A stretch of 64,000 nt of DNA from an uncultured virus (IMG/VR IMGVR_UViG_3300042867_001762). Lineage: Duplodnaviria; Heunggongvirae; Uroviricota; Caudoviricetes. The DNA lies in IMG/VR virus record IMGVR_UViG_3300042867_001762; one strand, 5' to 3'. Each line of letters opens with the position of its first letter. Within the stretch, counting starts at the first letter, position 1. Below are positions 56,367 to 64,000 of this stretch, one piece after another. Both the position numbers and the translations under genes were made by a program. The notes below the pieces were generated by a model that worked only from the letters and a program-made list of their open reading frames with translations, ran no database searches and was not told the DNA's origin.

Positions 56367-56558
56367 TTACGGGTTAGGATCATCTGCAACAAGATTGCGT
56401 TTCGCGGCTTCATAGGCTACCCTCGCACGGCGGCGCGTGTCCGCCAGAAAATAGTTTTTCTCGTATGAATGCACCGCATGACCGGACACCGGCGCATAGC
56501 CGGGCGGATAATGCGGCGGGGCGAACAACGCCCGGAGCGTTTGTCGGAGCCGTTCCAT
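56367..56558 (-). CDS. cassette gene, hypothetical
   Basis: Motif + GGAGG + ATG. Confidence 0.6.
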   Translation of the reverse strand: MERLRQTLRALFAPPHYPPGYAPVSGHAVHSYEKNYFLADTRRRARVAYEAAKRNLVADDPNP

Positions 56559-56637
56559 CGTGCCTCCCGGCTATCAAGATCGGCCCGGTATGCTTTTAGG
56601 ACCGGGAAGGAAAGGGGCAGGTGTCCGCCCCGATCCC

Positions 56638-56820
56638 CTAGTTGTGAGCGTAGCCGTGGTGAGGTGCGATACCCGCCCACACCAGTTCGGCTAGATAGCG
56701 GTTGTTGAATACGAGCACCCCGCCGGGGAGTCCGCGCACTGCCCAGTGCCCGATCTCGCCGGGCAGGAACTCCCCGGCATCAACGTGTTCCTGATCAATG
56801 CAAAAGAAAAGCTCTTTCAT
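56638..56820 (-). CDS. hypothetical protein
   Basis: GGAGG RBS. Confidence 0.6.
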   Translation of the reverse strand: MKELFFCIDQEHVDAGEFLPGEIGHWAVRGLPGGVLVFNNRYLAELVWAGIAPHHGYAHN

Positions 56821-56838
56821 GCGCAGTCCTCCTACCCG

Positions 56839-57033
56839 CTAATCGCGGTGGTCGCGGGTCTCGTCCGCTTCGAGCATCATCGCACGGTGCTCCCATGCAC
56901 GTTGCAGGGCGGCAACATAGACGGCAGTCGACGGTGCATGCTCGCTTTCCCGGCGCATCCGGGCATAGTCCGGGGGTGCACAGTCACACGCAGGGCGTTG
57001 CTTACAAGTAGGGCAAGAAAACTTGCTTTTCAT
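56839..57033 (-). CDS. cassette gene, small Cys-rich protein
   Basis: CPTC...CDC; motif + GGAGG. Confidence 0.65.
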   Translation of the reverse strand: MKSKFSCPTCKQRPACDCAPPDYARMRRESEHAPSTAVYVAALQRAWEHRAMMLEADETRDHRD

Positions 57034-57134
57034 ACCGGCCTCCGTTGTGCTTATCAGGATCAGGTAAGTATGTCTTTAGGACCGGGGCCGGAAGGAAAGG
57101 CCGGGGGATTTCTCCCCCGACCCGCCCCGGACGG

Positions 57135-57527
57135 TCACACCTTGCGGATAGCATGACCAGTCAGGACCAGCCCGATGCCGTCGGGCACCTGCACCCCGGA
57201 GAACAGGGCGGCAGCTTCCGTCCCCCGGATGGTAAGGCCGAACCGGGTGCCCCGGCGGTCGACAAGGCCACGGCACCGGAGACAGGACAGCGCCCGCTCC
57301 ACGTTGGAGACCGGGATGCCTTGCGTTTCCGCAATCTCAGCGGCAGTAGCAGCCCGACGCCCGCGCCGGGTTGCCTTGCGGCGGGCAATATCTGCGAGGA
57401 TGGCCGTTTGACGCGGCCCCGGCGTGGTGGTATTCCCATAGTTAAGGCTTGACAGCTTGCCGACAAGCACGTCAGCAGCGGCACGGGAAAGAGCAAGGGT
57501 GAGGGAACGAGCAGACTGCTTGCGCAT
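57135..57527 (-). CDS. cassette gene, winged-HTH-like DNA-binding protein
   Basis: ATAAEIAETQGIPVSNVERALSCLRCRGLV...LTIRG. Confidence 0.7.
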   Translation of the reverse strand: MRKQSARSLTLALSRAAADVLVGKLSSLNYGNTTTPGPRQTAILADIARRKATRRGRRAATAAEIAETQGIPVSNVERALSCLRCRGLVDRRGTRFGLTIRGTEAAALFSGVQVPDGIGLVLTGHAIRKV

Positions 57528-57648
57528 CGCGTCTCCATTCGCGGCGTTTGTTTCGTCGTCGCCGCTTGTCTAACAGGATCAAAAGAATCTGTTTTTAGGA
57601 CCGGCGGGGAAGGAAAGGGCCGGGCGAACCCGGCCCCCTTCCTACCGT

Positions 57649-58161
57649 TCACGCCTTGCGGGTGACCCGATCAAGCTCATCGGCAAGGCTGCGCACTGCC
57701 GATTCCGAAGCACCCGTGCCCGCCTGGCCCGTGCCGTCGACCTTGACCGAAAGCTTCGCCGCATTCTCCCGGAGGAACGCCGACGCCTTGCCGGTCATAA
57801 CCAGATCACGGATGATTCCCACGAGGTGGGGAGCGTAGAGCGTCACCGGGAACTTGGTAGAGACGCCGTAGATCGAGATAGCGCCCTTCTCCGACGCCTT
57901 CATGCTGTATCCACGGCTACCGCCACTCGCCGCACGGGCAGCCTCGGCCGCATCGGCCCGGGCCTTCTCTGTAGCGAGCCCCGCCTCGGCCGCCGCAAGC
58001 CTCGCCATAAGAGCCGCAATGTCCGGGCTCGTGCTCGTCGCAGCGACCGGCGCCGGGAGAGGCATCGGCGCCATAGGGGCGGGCGCCGTCACACGGGGAG
58101 CGGGGAGAGCAAGGGTGTTGCCAGAGTTGCCGGTGTTGGAACCAAACTTGATGAGCGACAT
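57649..58161 (-). CDS. SEKGA-family protein, copy 4
   Basis: MSLIKFG...Pro-rich linker...KASEKGAISIYGVSTKFPVTLYAPH. Confidence 0.85.
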   Translation of the reverse strand: MSLIKFGSNTGNSGNTLALPAPRVTAPAPMAPMPLPAPVAATSTSPDIAALMARLAAAEAGLATEKARADAAEAARAASGGSRGYSMKASEKGAISIYGVSTKFPVTLYAPHLVGIIRDLVMTGKASAFLRENAAKLSVKVDGTGQAGTGASESAVRSLADELDRVTRKA

Positions 58162-58343
58162 TGTGCTTTCCCTTTTGTTTCTAGGGCCTAGCGTACCGCC
58201 GACCACCGGCGCTACGTTTAACCCGTTATGTGCGGCGCATCGTATCGTTTCGTCGCCGCCGTTCTGTCTAACAGGATCAAAAGAATCTGTTTTTAGGACC
58301 GGTAGGCTCGGGTCCGGGGCTACGCGCCCCGGCCCGTCACCCG

Positions 58344-58610
58344 CTAGTCTTCGAGCGCCCGGAGAATCGCCACCGCGTTAGCGGGACGGTTGGCGCGGAC
58401 CACCGCCGCAACCCAGTGGTTGCGACCCGTCTCGCGGCCGGCGAGGTGGCACACCTGCTTGAACCAACCCACCCGGCCCCGGTTCTCCACCGGGTAAGCG
58501 ACCGAGCGGTCGCCCCGGGCGATGCCCGCCGCACTGGCGAGCACGTCCAACCCGTCGTGCTGCGCGGCGAGAACGCGAACGTTGCGAGCTTCCTTCTTTG
58601 TCAGCTTCAT
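58344..58610 (-). CDS. cassette gene, hypothetical
   Basis: Motif + GGAGG + ATG. Confidence 0.7.
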   Translation of the reverse strand: MKLTKKEARNVRVLAAQHDGLDVLASAAGIARGDRSVAYPVENRGRVGWFKQVCHLAGRETGRNHWVAAVVRANRPANAVAILRALED

Positions 58611-58705
58611 CGTGGCCTCCATGTCTAACAGGATCAAAAGAATCTGTTTTTAGGACCGGGGAGGAGAGGGGCGGAGCCGGGTGAACCCGGCCCCCGCCCG
58701 GACGG

Positions 58706-59014
58706 TCATGCCGTCTCGGTAAGGTCAAGCTCCGAGACGAGCGCTTCGGTATCCCCGTCGCCCATGACAATCCCGTACCGGGTGCCGGCGGGCAGGCGCG
58801 TCACCCGCAGGAAGTCGGTTGACGGGACCTCATAGTCCGCCACTTCCGGGTGGAGGTCGATGAGACGAGCCGCAAAGGCGTCGTCGTCGGCCGCCTCCAC
58901 GGCCGCGACCAGTACCGGGTCACGGCGCAGGCGGGCAAGAGCGCCGGCCTCCACCCCCTCGATTTCGAGGGTGCCGTAGTCGGTAGAGAGAATAATGCCG
59001 ATGACGTTGGTCAT
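58706..59014 (-). CDS. cassette gene, hypothetical
   Basis: RRDPVLVAAVE...LPAGTRYGI. Confidence 0.7.
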   Translation of the reverse strand: MTNVIGIILSTDYGTLEIEGVEAGALARLRRDPVLVAAVEAADDDAFAARLIDLHPEVADYEVPSTDFLRVTRLPAGTRYGIVMGDGDTEALVSELDLTETA

Positions 59015-59170
59015 GCTAACCTCGGGCAGGGCGGGCCGGCAGGAGCGCCGGGAACCGCTGGACACCTATCAGGATCAAAAAGTTATGTTTTTAGGACCGA
59101 TGACGCCCGCAAAAAAAGACAAAAAAACCCCGGCTGATTAGGCCGGGGCCGGGCGAGGCCCGCTGTGAGG

Positions 59171-59581
59171 CTAGCTCTCACTGTGACAAACACATCCCCA
59201 CCCTGCGCAGGAGTGAGTATCTTCGAGCACGTCGTCCGGCAGGAACGCCCCGCGCCCGTCAAGAGCTTCCTCGACTTCATGACGGAACAGCATGCAGGCG
59301 GCCACGTCCTCCAACGTGTAGACGTATCCGACTTGCGGGTTGCGGCCCGGCTGAAAGCGCACGGTCCCCGTGCGGAAGGGGCGCACGCCTTCAGACTCCA
59401 TCCCGCCGAAAGCGGCATGGATATTTGGGAGAGCGGCCCAGAGCCGCTCGAATCCCGCACGGTCCCCACGAAACAGGAGCTTGCCGTTAACGTAGAACTC
59501 CAACGCCCGGCCCACGTCCGACGGGAAATCGATGCCAGCGAGACGAATGTCAAGGGCGAGAGAGCGCTTTTGCGAAGCCAT
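59171..59581 (-). CDS. cassette gene, hypothetical
   Basis: Motif + GGAGG + ATG. Confidence 0.7.
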   Translation of the reverse strand: MASQKRSLALDIRLAGIDFPSDVGRALEFYVNGKLLFRGDRAGFERLWAALPNIHAAFGGMESEGVRPFRTGTVRFQPGRNPQVGYVYTLEDVAACMLFRHEVEEALDGRGAFLPDDVLEDTHSCAGWGCVCHSES

Positions 59582-59725
59582 GCTATCCTCCGTTGTGCGG
59601 CCCGTGCCGCCGTTCCGATGTCTAACAGGATCAGAAATATCTGTTTTTAGGACCGCTGCCAGGTTCGAGACCTGGCAAAAGAAAAGCCCCGGCGGGGCCG
59701 GGGCGGTGGAAGGGTGGGCGGCGAA

Positions 59726-59983
59726 CTAAAATAGTTCGTCGCCGATGATAGCGAAAGCTTCCGACGCGGAAAGACAACCGGCGTCCCACTGCTCGCGGGC
59801 CTCAGCGGGCAGGCGGGCGAAAAGGCCCGCCTCCGTCATGAGCTTGGCAAGGCCGGCATCGACGCCGCACCAAGCGGCGCGGTCAGTTCCGTAGCCCGCG
59901 CGGCGCGCGGCAGCCGCATCGCGGTCGGCGCGCCGGAGCGCGACGATGTTGGATCGGGCAGTGAGGCTGTCGTTGTTGTTCAT
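59726..59983 (-). CDS. cassette gene, probably leaderless
   Basis: ATG only 6 nt after GATCTTG, no RBS. Confidence 0.6.
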   Translation of the reverse strand: MNNNDSLTARSNIVALRRADRDAAAARRAGYGTDRAAWCGVDAGLAKLMTEAGLFARLPAEAREQWDAGCLSASEAFAIIGDELF

Positions 59984-60315
59984 GCTTATCAAGATCAAAA
60001 GATAATGTTTTTAGGACCGGGCAGGTTCGGGACCGGGGATGCGACTCCCCGGGCCGGGACGGCTAATCCTCCGTCTCGATCTCCCGGCGCTCGGAACGCC
60101 GGACGGCCCGCGCCGTCTTGCGCTTGACGGCCGCCTTGCCCCCGCCGCCACGGGGACAACACCCCGGGCACAGGCAAAGCGCGTGCCCGAAGTTTCCAGC
60201 GATGCGAATCCGAACCGATTGAGCCATGCTGACCTCCGCCTATTAGGATCAGAAAAGAATGTTTTTAGGACCGGTCCGGCTCGGCACCGGGGACAAGCCC
60301 CGGCCCGATTCCTTA

Positions 60316-60528
60316 TCAGTAGCCCGCTTGCCGGAGCGCCCGCAGCGCATCGGAGTGGCGCAGGAGCCTTTGAATACTTGTCATGTCCATCTCGGCTATC
60401 GCCGCCCGGGCGCGGTGGGCCTCCCATCCGACCGTGGCCAGCGTACCGGGGAGCCCCATCGGAGCCATGGCCGTCAGCTTGCTGCCGTCGGGAAAGGTCA
60501 CCGTCATCTTGCCAGCCTTGTCTTTCAT
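60316..60528 (-). CDS. cassette gene, hypothetical
   Basis: Motif + GGAGG + ATG. Confidence 0.65.
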   Translation of the reverse strand: MKDKAGKMTVTFPDGSKLTAMAPMGLPGTLATVGWEAHRARAAIAEMDMTSIQRLLRHSDALRALRQAGY

Positions 60529-60928
60529 CGCTGCCTCCGTGACTAACAGGATCAGGAAAGAATGTTTTTAGGACCGGCGAGAAAGGGGGCACCGGCCCCG
60601 GAGACTAACCCGCCATCCCGTAGAACAAGACGGGATAGACGAACACGAGAACAAACATACCGGCAAGGAAGAAAAACGCATCGGCAGCATCGCGGCGGGT
60701 CATACTCACCTCTTGCCTATCAAGATCAAAAAAGAATGTTTTTAGGACCGGCGGAAGGCGGGCGGGGGATTGCTCCCCCGGTCCGCTAGTCGCGGCGCTT
60801 TTCCCTTCGGCGGGCATCCCACGAGCGGGGACGACCCTTTGTCGGGCGGGGCGACTCACCCGCCGGGCGGCCCCGGCCCATGCGGGCGGGGCGGTTATCG
60901 GTTTCGTCGTCAGGGATGTTCCACGGCT

Positions 60929-61243
60929 TCACAGCCCCACCCCCGGCTTGCGGACCGTGACCGTGGCATCGGCCACCGGCAGCCCGGCAGCTTCGCAGTC
61001 CCGGCGGATAACCGCCGGAATCTCGCGGCGGTTGAAGCCACGGCGTACCATCGCCGTTTCCAACTCTCCGGCGAGGTTGGCCAGTGCCTCCACCACCGGC
61101 CCGGCGTCGCCGCCGATGGCGAGCAAGGCAAAGGCGAGATCCGTGACCTGATCTGCACGGGCAGCCAGGCCCGCGTCCCCGGCCCGGCGGGCCATGGCAT
61201 TTACGATTCCAATGCGAACAGAGAGGGTCGTTTCGGTACGCAT
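60929..61243 (-). CDS. cassette gene, hypothetical
   Basis: Motif + GGAGG + ATG. Confidence 0.7.
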   Translation of the reverse strand: MRTETTLSVRIGIVNAMARRAGDAGLAARADQVTDLAFALLAIGGDAGPVVEALANLAGELETAMVRRGFNRREIPAVIRRDCEAAGLPVADATVTVRKPGVGL

Positions 61244-61346
61244 GTTGCCTCCTGCGGCGTGTTGTTTGCCGCTCTGCCTATCAGGATCAAAACTTTCTGT
61301 TTTTAGGACCGGCCGGGGAAAGAGCCCGGCCGGCGCCGGGCATCTC

Positions 61347-61814
61347 TCACCCCTCCCACGGGGCGCGGGCGTTCAAGCACGCTTCCGGGGTGAGGTCCGG
61401 CTCCCACCGGGCCAGCATCCCCTCGATTGCGGCGAGGGGAACCCCGTGAGAGTTACGGGCGGCGCACTCCGCCGCGTCCCGCCCCCACGGCGTGCGCGGC
61501 TCGACGAACTGCACCCTGTATCCGTGGAAGGTCGCGGCGCGGACATATTCCCGCGCCTCCCATCCTTGAGTCATAGTGTTGTCCACGATGACGTGGGTAA
61601 CACCGGCTTCCATCGCCTCCGCCGTGCGGCGGAGGTTGGCCGCGTGGTGGGCCCCGAGCTTCGACCCGTCGAAGCGGTACTCGCCATCGACCATGAAAAA
61701 ATCATCTGTGGAAAACACGGGAGCCGTCTCGACGCCCGGGACGTTGGCGAGCACCTTGGCAAGGGTGCTCTTGCCGCTACCGGGGACGCCACGCATAATC
61801 GTCAGGGTCTTCAT
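61347..61814 (-). CDS. P-loop kinase, N4BP2/polynucleotide-kinase-like, copy 2
   Basis: IMRGVPGSGKS, STDDFFMVDGEYRFD, VDNT, RNSHGVP. Confidence 0.85.
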   Translation of the reverse strand: MKTLTIMRGVPGSGKSTLAKVLANVPGVETAPVFSTDDFFMVDGEYRFDGSKLGAHHAANLRRTAEAMEAGVTHVIVDNTMTQGWEAREYVRAATFHGYRVQFVEPRTPWGRDAAECAARNSHGVPLAAIEGMLARWEPDLTPEACLNARAPWEG

Positions 61815-61928
61815 CGTATCCTCCGTGCCGGTTTGTTTCGTTCCGGCTTCTGTCTAACAGGATCAAAAGATAATGTTTTTAGGACGGGTGACGAGCCGGG
61901 CAGCCCGGTCGATTGACCGGGGAGCCGC

Positions 61929-62261
61929 TCACGCGGGACGGCTCAAGCCCCGGCAGCCAACCGGCTGACCATCGGGGCCGCGCACAAGCGCCCCGGGGGA
62001 AAGGACGTCGGTACGGCCCCGCACCGCCGGGTGTCCGGCGACGAGGCCGGAGACAACCCACGTCACGCCGGGGGCCGGCGCGGGGAGGCCGACGACCTCC
62101 CCGAAAGAGGTTTCGAAAATCTCCACGCCGTCGACGACGGCGGCCACGGCCGTCTTTGTCGCCACGCGGGCGACGGTCCCGTCGGCGGGCAGGACGAGCG
62201 CGGGCGCGCCCGCTTGGTCGACGACGGTGATGGTGTGGGGGGTCAAGTTCACAAACGCCAT
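61929..62261 (-). CDS. cassette gene, NLTPH-type hypothetical protein
   Basis: FVNLTPH...VARV...GLP...VS..VA...RTD. Confidence 0.75.
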   Translation of the reverse strand: MAFVNLTPHTITVVDQAGAPALVLPADGTVARVATKTAVAAVVDGVEIFETSFGEVVGLPAPAPGVTWVVSGLVAGHPAVRGRTDVLSPGALVRGPDGQPVGCRGLSRPA

Positions 62262-62401
62262 GCGAGCCTCGGGTGTTGCGGGTTGTTCTGACGCCTAACA
62301 GGATCAAGAGAGAATGTCTTTAGGACCGGCCGGGGCCGGGAAAGAAACGCAGAAAACGGCAAGGCCCCGCCTTGCTGGCGGGGCGGGGCGATGGGCGGGA
62401 G

Positions 62402-62611
62402 TTAGTTCCCGCCGCAGTGATAGCAATCGTGCCCTTGCCGGGAGCTGCACTCCCCGCTAAGCGGGCCATTGTCGGTCCCGCAGTAGTAGCAGATGTCCCG
62501 GCCCGGGGTGGGCCGCAGGCGCCACTCGGGAGTGGTGGCGGTGGGGGTCTCGGCCTTGTCGGCGGCCGAAGCCGCGCTCAGGCGCTCAAACATGCAGTCA
62601 TAGCTAGACAT
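62402..62611 (-). CDS. cassette gene, small Zn-finger
   Basis: CYYC...CYHCGG. Confidence 0.65.
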   Translation of the reverse strand: MSSYDCMFERLSAASAADKAETPTATTPEWRLRPTPGRDICYYCGTDNGPLSGECSSRQGHDCYHCGGN

Positions 62612-62749
62612 ACTGCCTCCGGGTGTTGCGGGTTGTTCTGACATCTAACAGGATCAAAAAGAAATGTTTTTAGGACCGGCCGGGGCCGGGAAAGAAAAGC
62701 GGAAAAGCGGAAACCCCGCCGGGTTAGGGCGGGGTCGGGGGGGCGGGGG

Positions 62750-63112
62750 TCACCAGTAAACCGGGTGCCCCCAGACGGAGTAGGAAACTCCGTCTTCGTC
62801 TTGGAGGACCTCGTCCCCCAGGGGATAGTAAGCGGGGTCGTTGACCACCTCCTCCGCGCGGGCGGGGGTGATGCGCCCCCCCTCGACGAGGGGGGCGAGG
62901 ATTGCCCCCTTTCGGGCGGCGGCGTCGCCGCTGGCCGCCCATGCGGCGGCGGCGGCTCCGTAGGCGGCTGCTTCGCCGCCGTCACCGTAGGCGGCGGCGG
63001 TGGTGGCGGCGAGGTCGGCGTCTTCAGCCGCTTGCGCGGCGAAGGAGAGGAGGGCGTGGGCGCGCCCGATGGCGGCGTTGACGGCGGCGGTGGTGGCGCG
63101 GGTGGTCTTCAT
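62750..63112 (-). CDS. cassette gene, Ala-rich hypothetical
   Basis: Motif, GAGG RBS, MKTTRAT. Confidence 0.65.
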   Translation of the reverse strand: MKTTRATTAAVNAAIGRAHALLSFAAQAAEDADLAATTAAAYGDGGEAAAYGAAAAAWAASGDAAARKGAILAPLVEGGRITPARAEEVVNDPAYYPLGDEVLQDEDGVSYSVWGHPVYW

Positions 63113-63264
63113 GGTTGCCTCACAGACAGGGGGAAGGGGTTGACGGACTGGACCCTGTCTCGACATACAAGATCAAAAAGAAATGTTTTTAGGACGGGCC
63201 AGGCTCGAGACCGGGCAAAAGAAAACCCCGGCAGGGCCGGGGCGAGAGAAGCGGCGGGCCGGGT

Positions 63265-63525
63265 TCACCGGAGCGGGCGGGCCGCGCCACCCATACGGGC
63301 GCGCATCGCCCGGATGCGCTCCGCTACCAACTCCGCTTCCGTCGGCGGGGGCGGAGGGGCGTCAAGCACCCCCACCACCACCGTACCGTCGTCGAGCTGC
63401 CCCCGATGAATGCGGGCCGCCTCAGCGTCACCGGCCTCGCTGTAGGCGGCCCGCAGACGGGCGGCGATGACCGCCGTGCGGACGGCGGTGGCATCAACGA
63501 TGGTAGCAGTGCGGCGGATGGTCAC
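63265..63525 (-). CDS. cassette gene, hypothetical
   Basis: Motif + GGAGG + GTG. Confidence 0.6.
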   Translation of the reverse strand: MTIRRTATIVDATAVRTAVIAARLRAAYSEAGDAEAARIHRGQLDDGTVVVGVLDAPPPPPTEAELVAERIRAMRARMGGAARPLR

Positions 63526-63657
63526 GGCGGCCTCCAAACGGGACTGGATTGTCCCGCGCATCAGGATCAAAAGATAATGTCTTTAGGACCGGCCGGGGCC
63601 GGGAAAGAAACCCGGAAAAGCGAAAGCCCCGGCAGGGCCGGGGCGATTCACTACGGG

Positions 63658-64000
63658 TTAGTAGTTGTCGTCGTCGTCGTTATCATAGAACGATATCGAC
63701 GCGGACTCTTTCGTCTGATAGAAAGAGACCTCGACTGAATAATACCCGTTGCTATTGCCTTGCCAGCGCAGGGTGACGTAGCCCTTCCCCGTGGCGAAGC
63801 GGTAGAACGTCCAACCGCTTGTTCCGAGCGAGTGGCCGTCCTCGTCGATGTCGTCGACAATCTCGCCCGCGCACTCCGCCATGACGAGCGGGGAGTTAAC
63901 AAGGTCGCACAGGTCGCCGTCGACCTGCGTGAGGCCAACATACTCGCAGCAGCTGCGCGAGTGGTGCATCAACCACTCGCTGCCGTCCGCGAACGTGAAT
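63658..64000 (-). CDS. conserved phage hypothetical protein, copy 2 of 38550-38912 (5' end outside the window)
   Basis: HHSRSCCEYV...WTFYRFATGKGYVTLRWQGNSNGYYS. Confidence 0.75.
   Translation of the reverse strand, partial: FTFADGSEWLMHHSRSCCEYVGLTQVDGDLCDLVNSPLVMAECAGEIVDDIDEDGHSLGTSGWTFYRFATGKGYVTLRWQGNSNGYYSVEVSFYQTKESASISFYDNDDDDNY

Larger units (their letters stand above)
1859..63590 (-). promoter_or_regulatory. Dispersed bipartite promoter-like motif GGNCCTAAA-N13-GATC(C/T)TG, about 57 copies
   Basis: Plus-strand CAGGATC-N13-TTTAGG (some copies CAAGATC or one other mismatch) starting at about 1859, 3821, 4697, 6415, 8179, 10448, 12271, 14540, 21408, 26569, 30365, 32567, 39483, 41512, 44567, 44969, 45921, 47922, 49818, 50613, 51492, 51579, 52329, 52388, 52447, 52528, 52597, 52667, 53581, 53789, 53929, 54070, 54239, 54347, 54997, 55143, 55432, 55816, 56218, 56575, 57055, 57574, 58272, 58629, 59070, 59626, 59990, 60244, 60547, 60721, 61282, 61858, 62299, 62649, 63168, 63562; one inverted copy at 54138-54166. 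Fixed spacer; usually just upstream of RBS and start codon. Confidence 0.85.

Noticed and set aside
1859..63590. Motif as a plain sigma-28 promoter or as Dam GATC sites
   Set aside because: The spacer is about 5 nt shorter than sigma-28 consensus, and conservation extends well beyond GATC with fixed geometry and orientation.
54430..63650. Classical integron with attC sites
   Set aside because: No integrase and no RYYYAAC...GTTRRRY attC palindromes were found; the repeats look like promoter plus terminator.

Overview
The window looks like an accessory region of a large (jumbo-type) bacteriophage. It has well over 100 short genes, nearly all on the minus strand and often overlapping at ATGA, with no core replication or capsid genes. 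Recognisable products: a MoxR-like AAA+ ATPase beside an HExxH (DUF2201-type) protein, a TilS-like PP-loop enzyme, a Zn-dependent deaminase, a HAD phosphatase, two P-loop kinases, two HNH endonucleases, a sigma-70 region-4 HTH protein, and eight tRNA or tRNA-like genes, several atypical. Three patterns dominate. (1) A bipartite motif, read on the minus strand as GGNCCTAAA-N13-GATC(C/T)TG, occurs about 57 times by manual count. It sits just upstream of genes and also forms a gene-free tandem cluster at 52.3-54.4 kb. Right of 54.4 kb (visibly more GC-rich) almost every gene is its own terminator+motif+ORF cassette. (2) About 33 paralogs of 85-110 aa share an MKL(D/E)...D(W/Y)..A...L..HFG N-terminal module with divergent C-termini, and 10 more MKLD-initiated proteins carry 22-aa HRDDGPA repeats. 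(3) Five proteins share an N-terminal A..LD..G....AD..D leader and may be virion proteins. A candidate double-pseudoknot ncRNA follows tRNA-Arg. All calls come from reading the sequence by eye; no searches were run.
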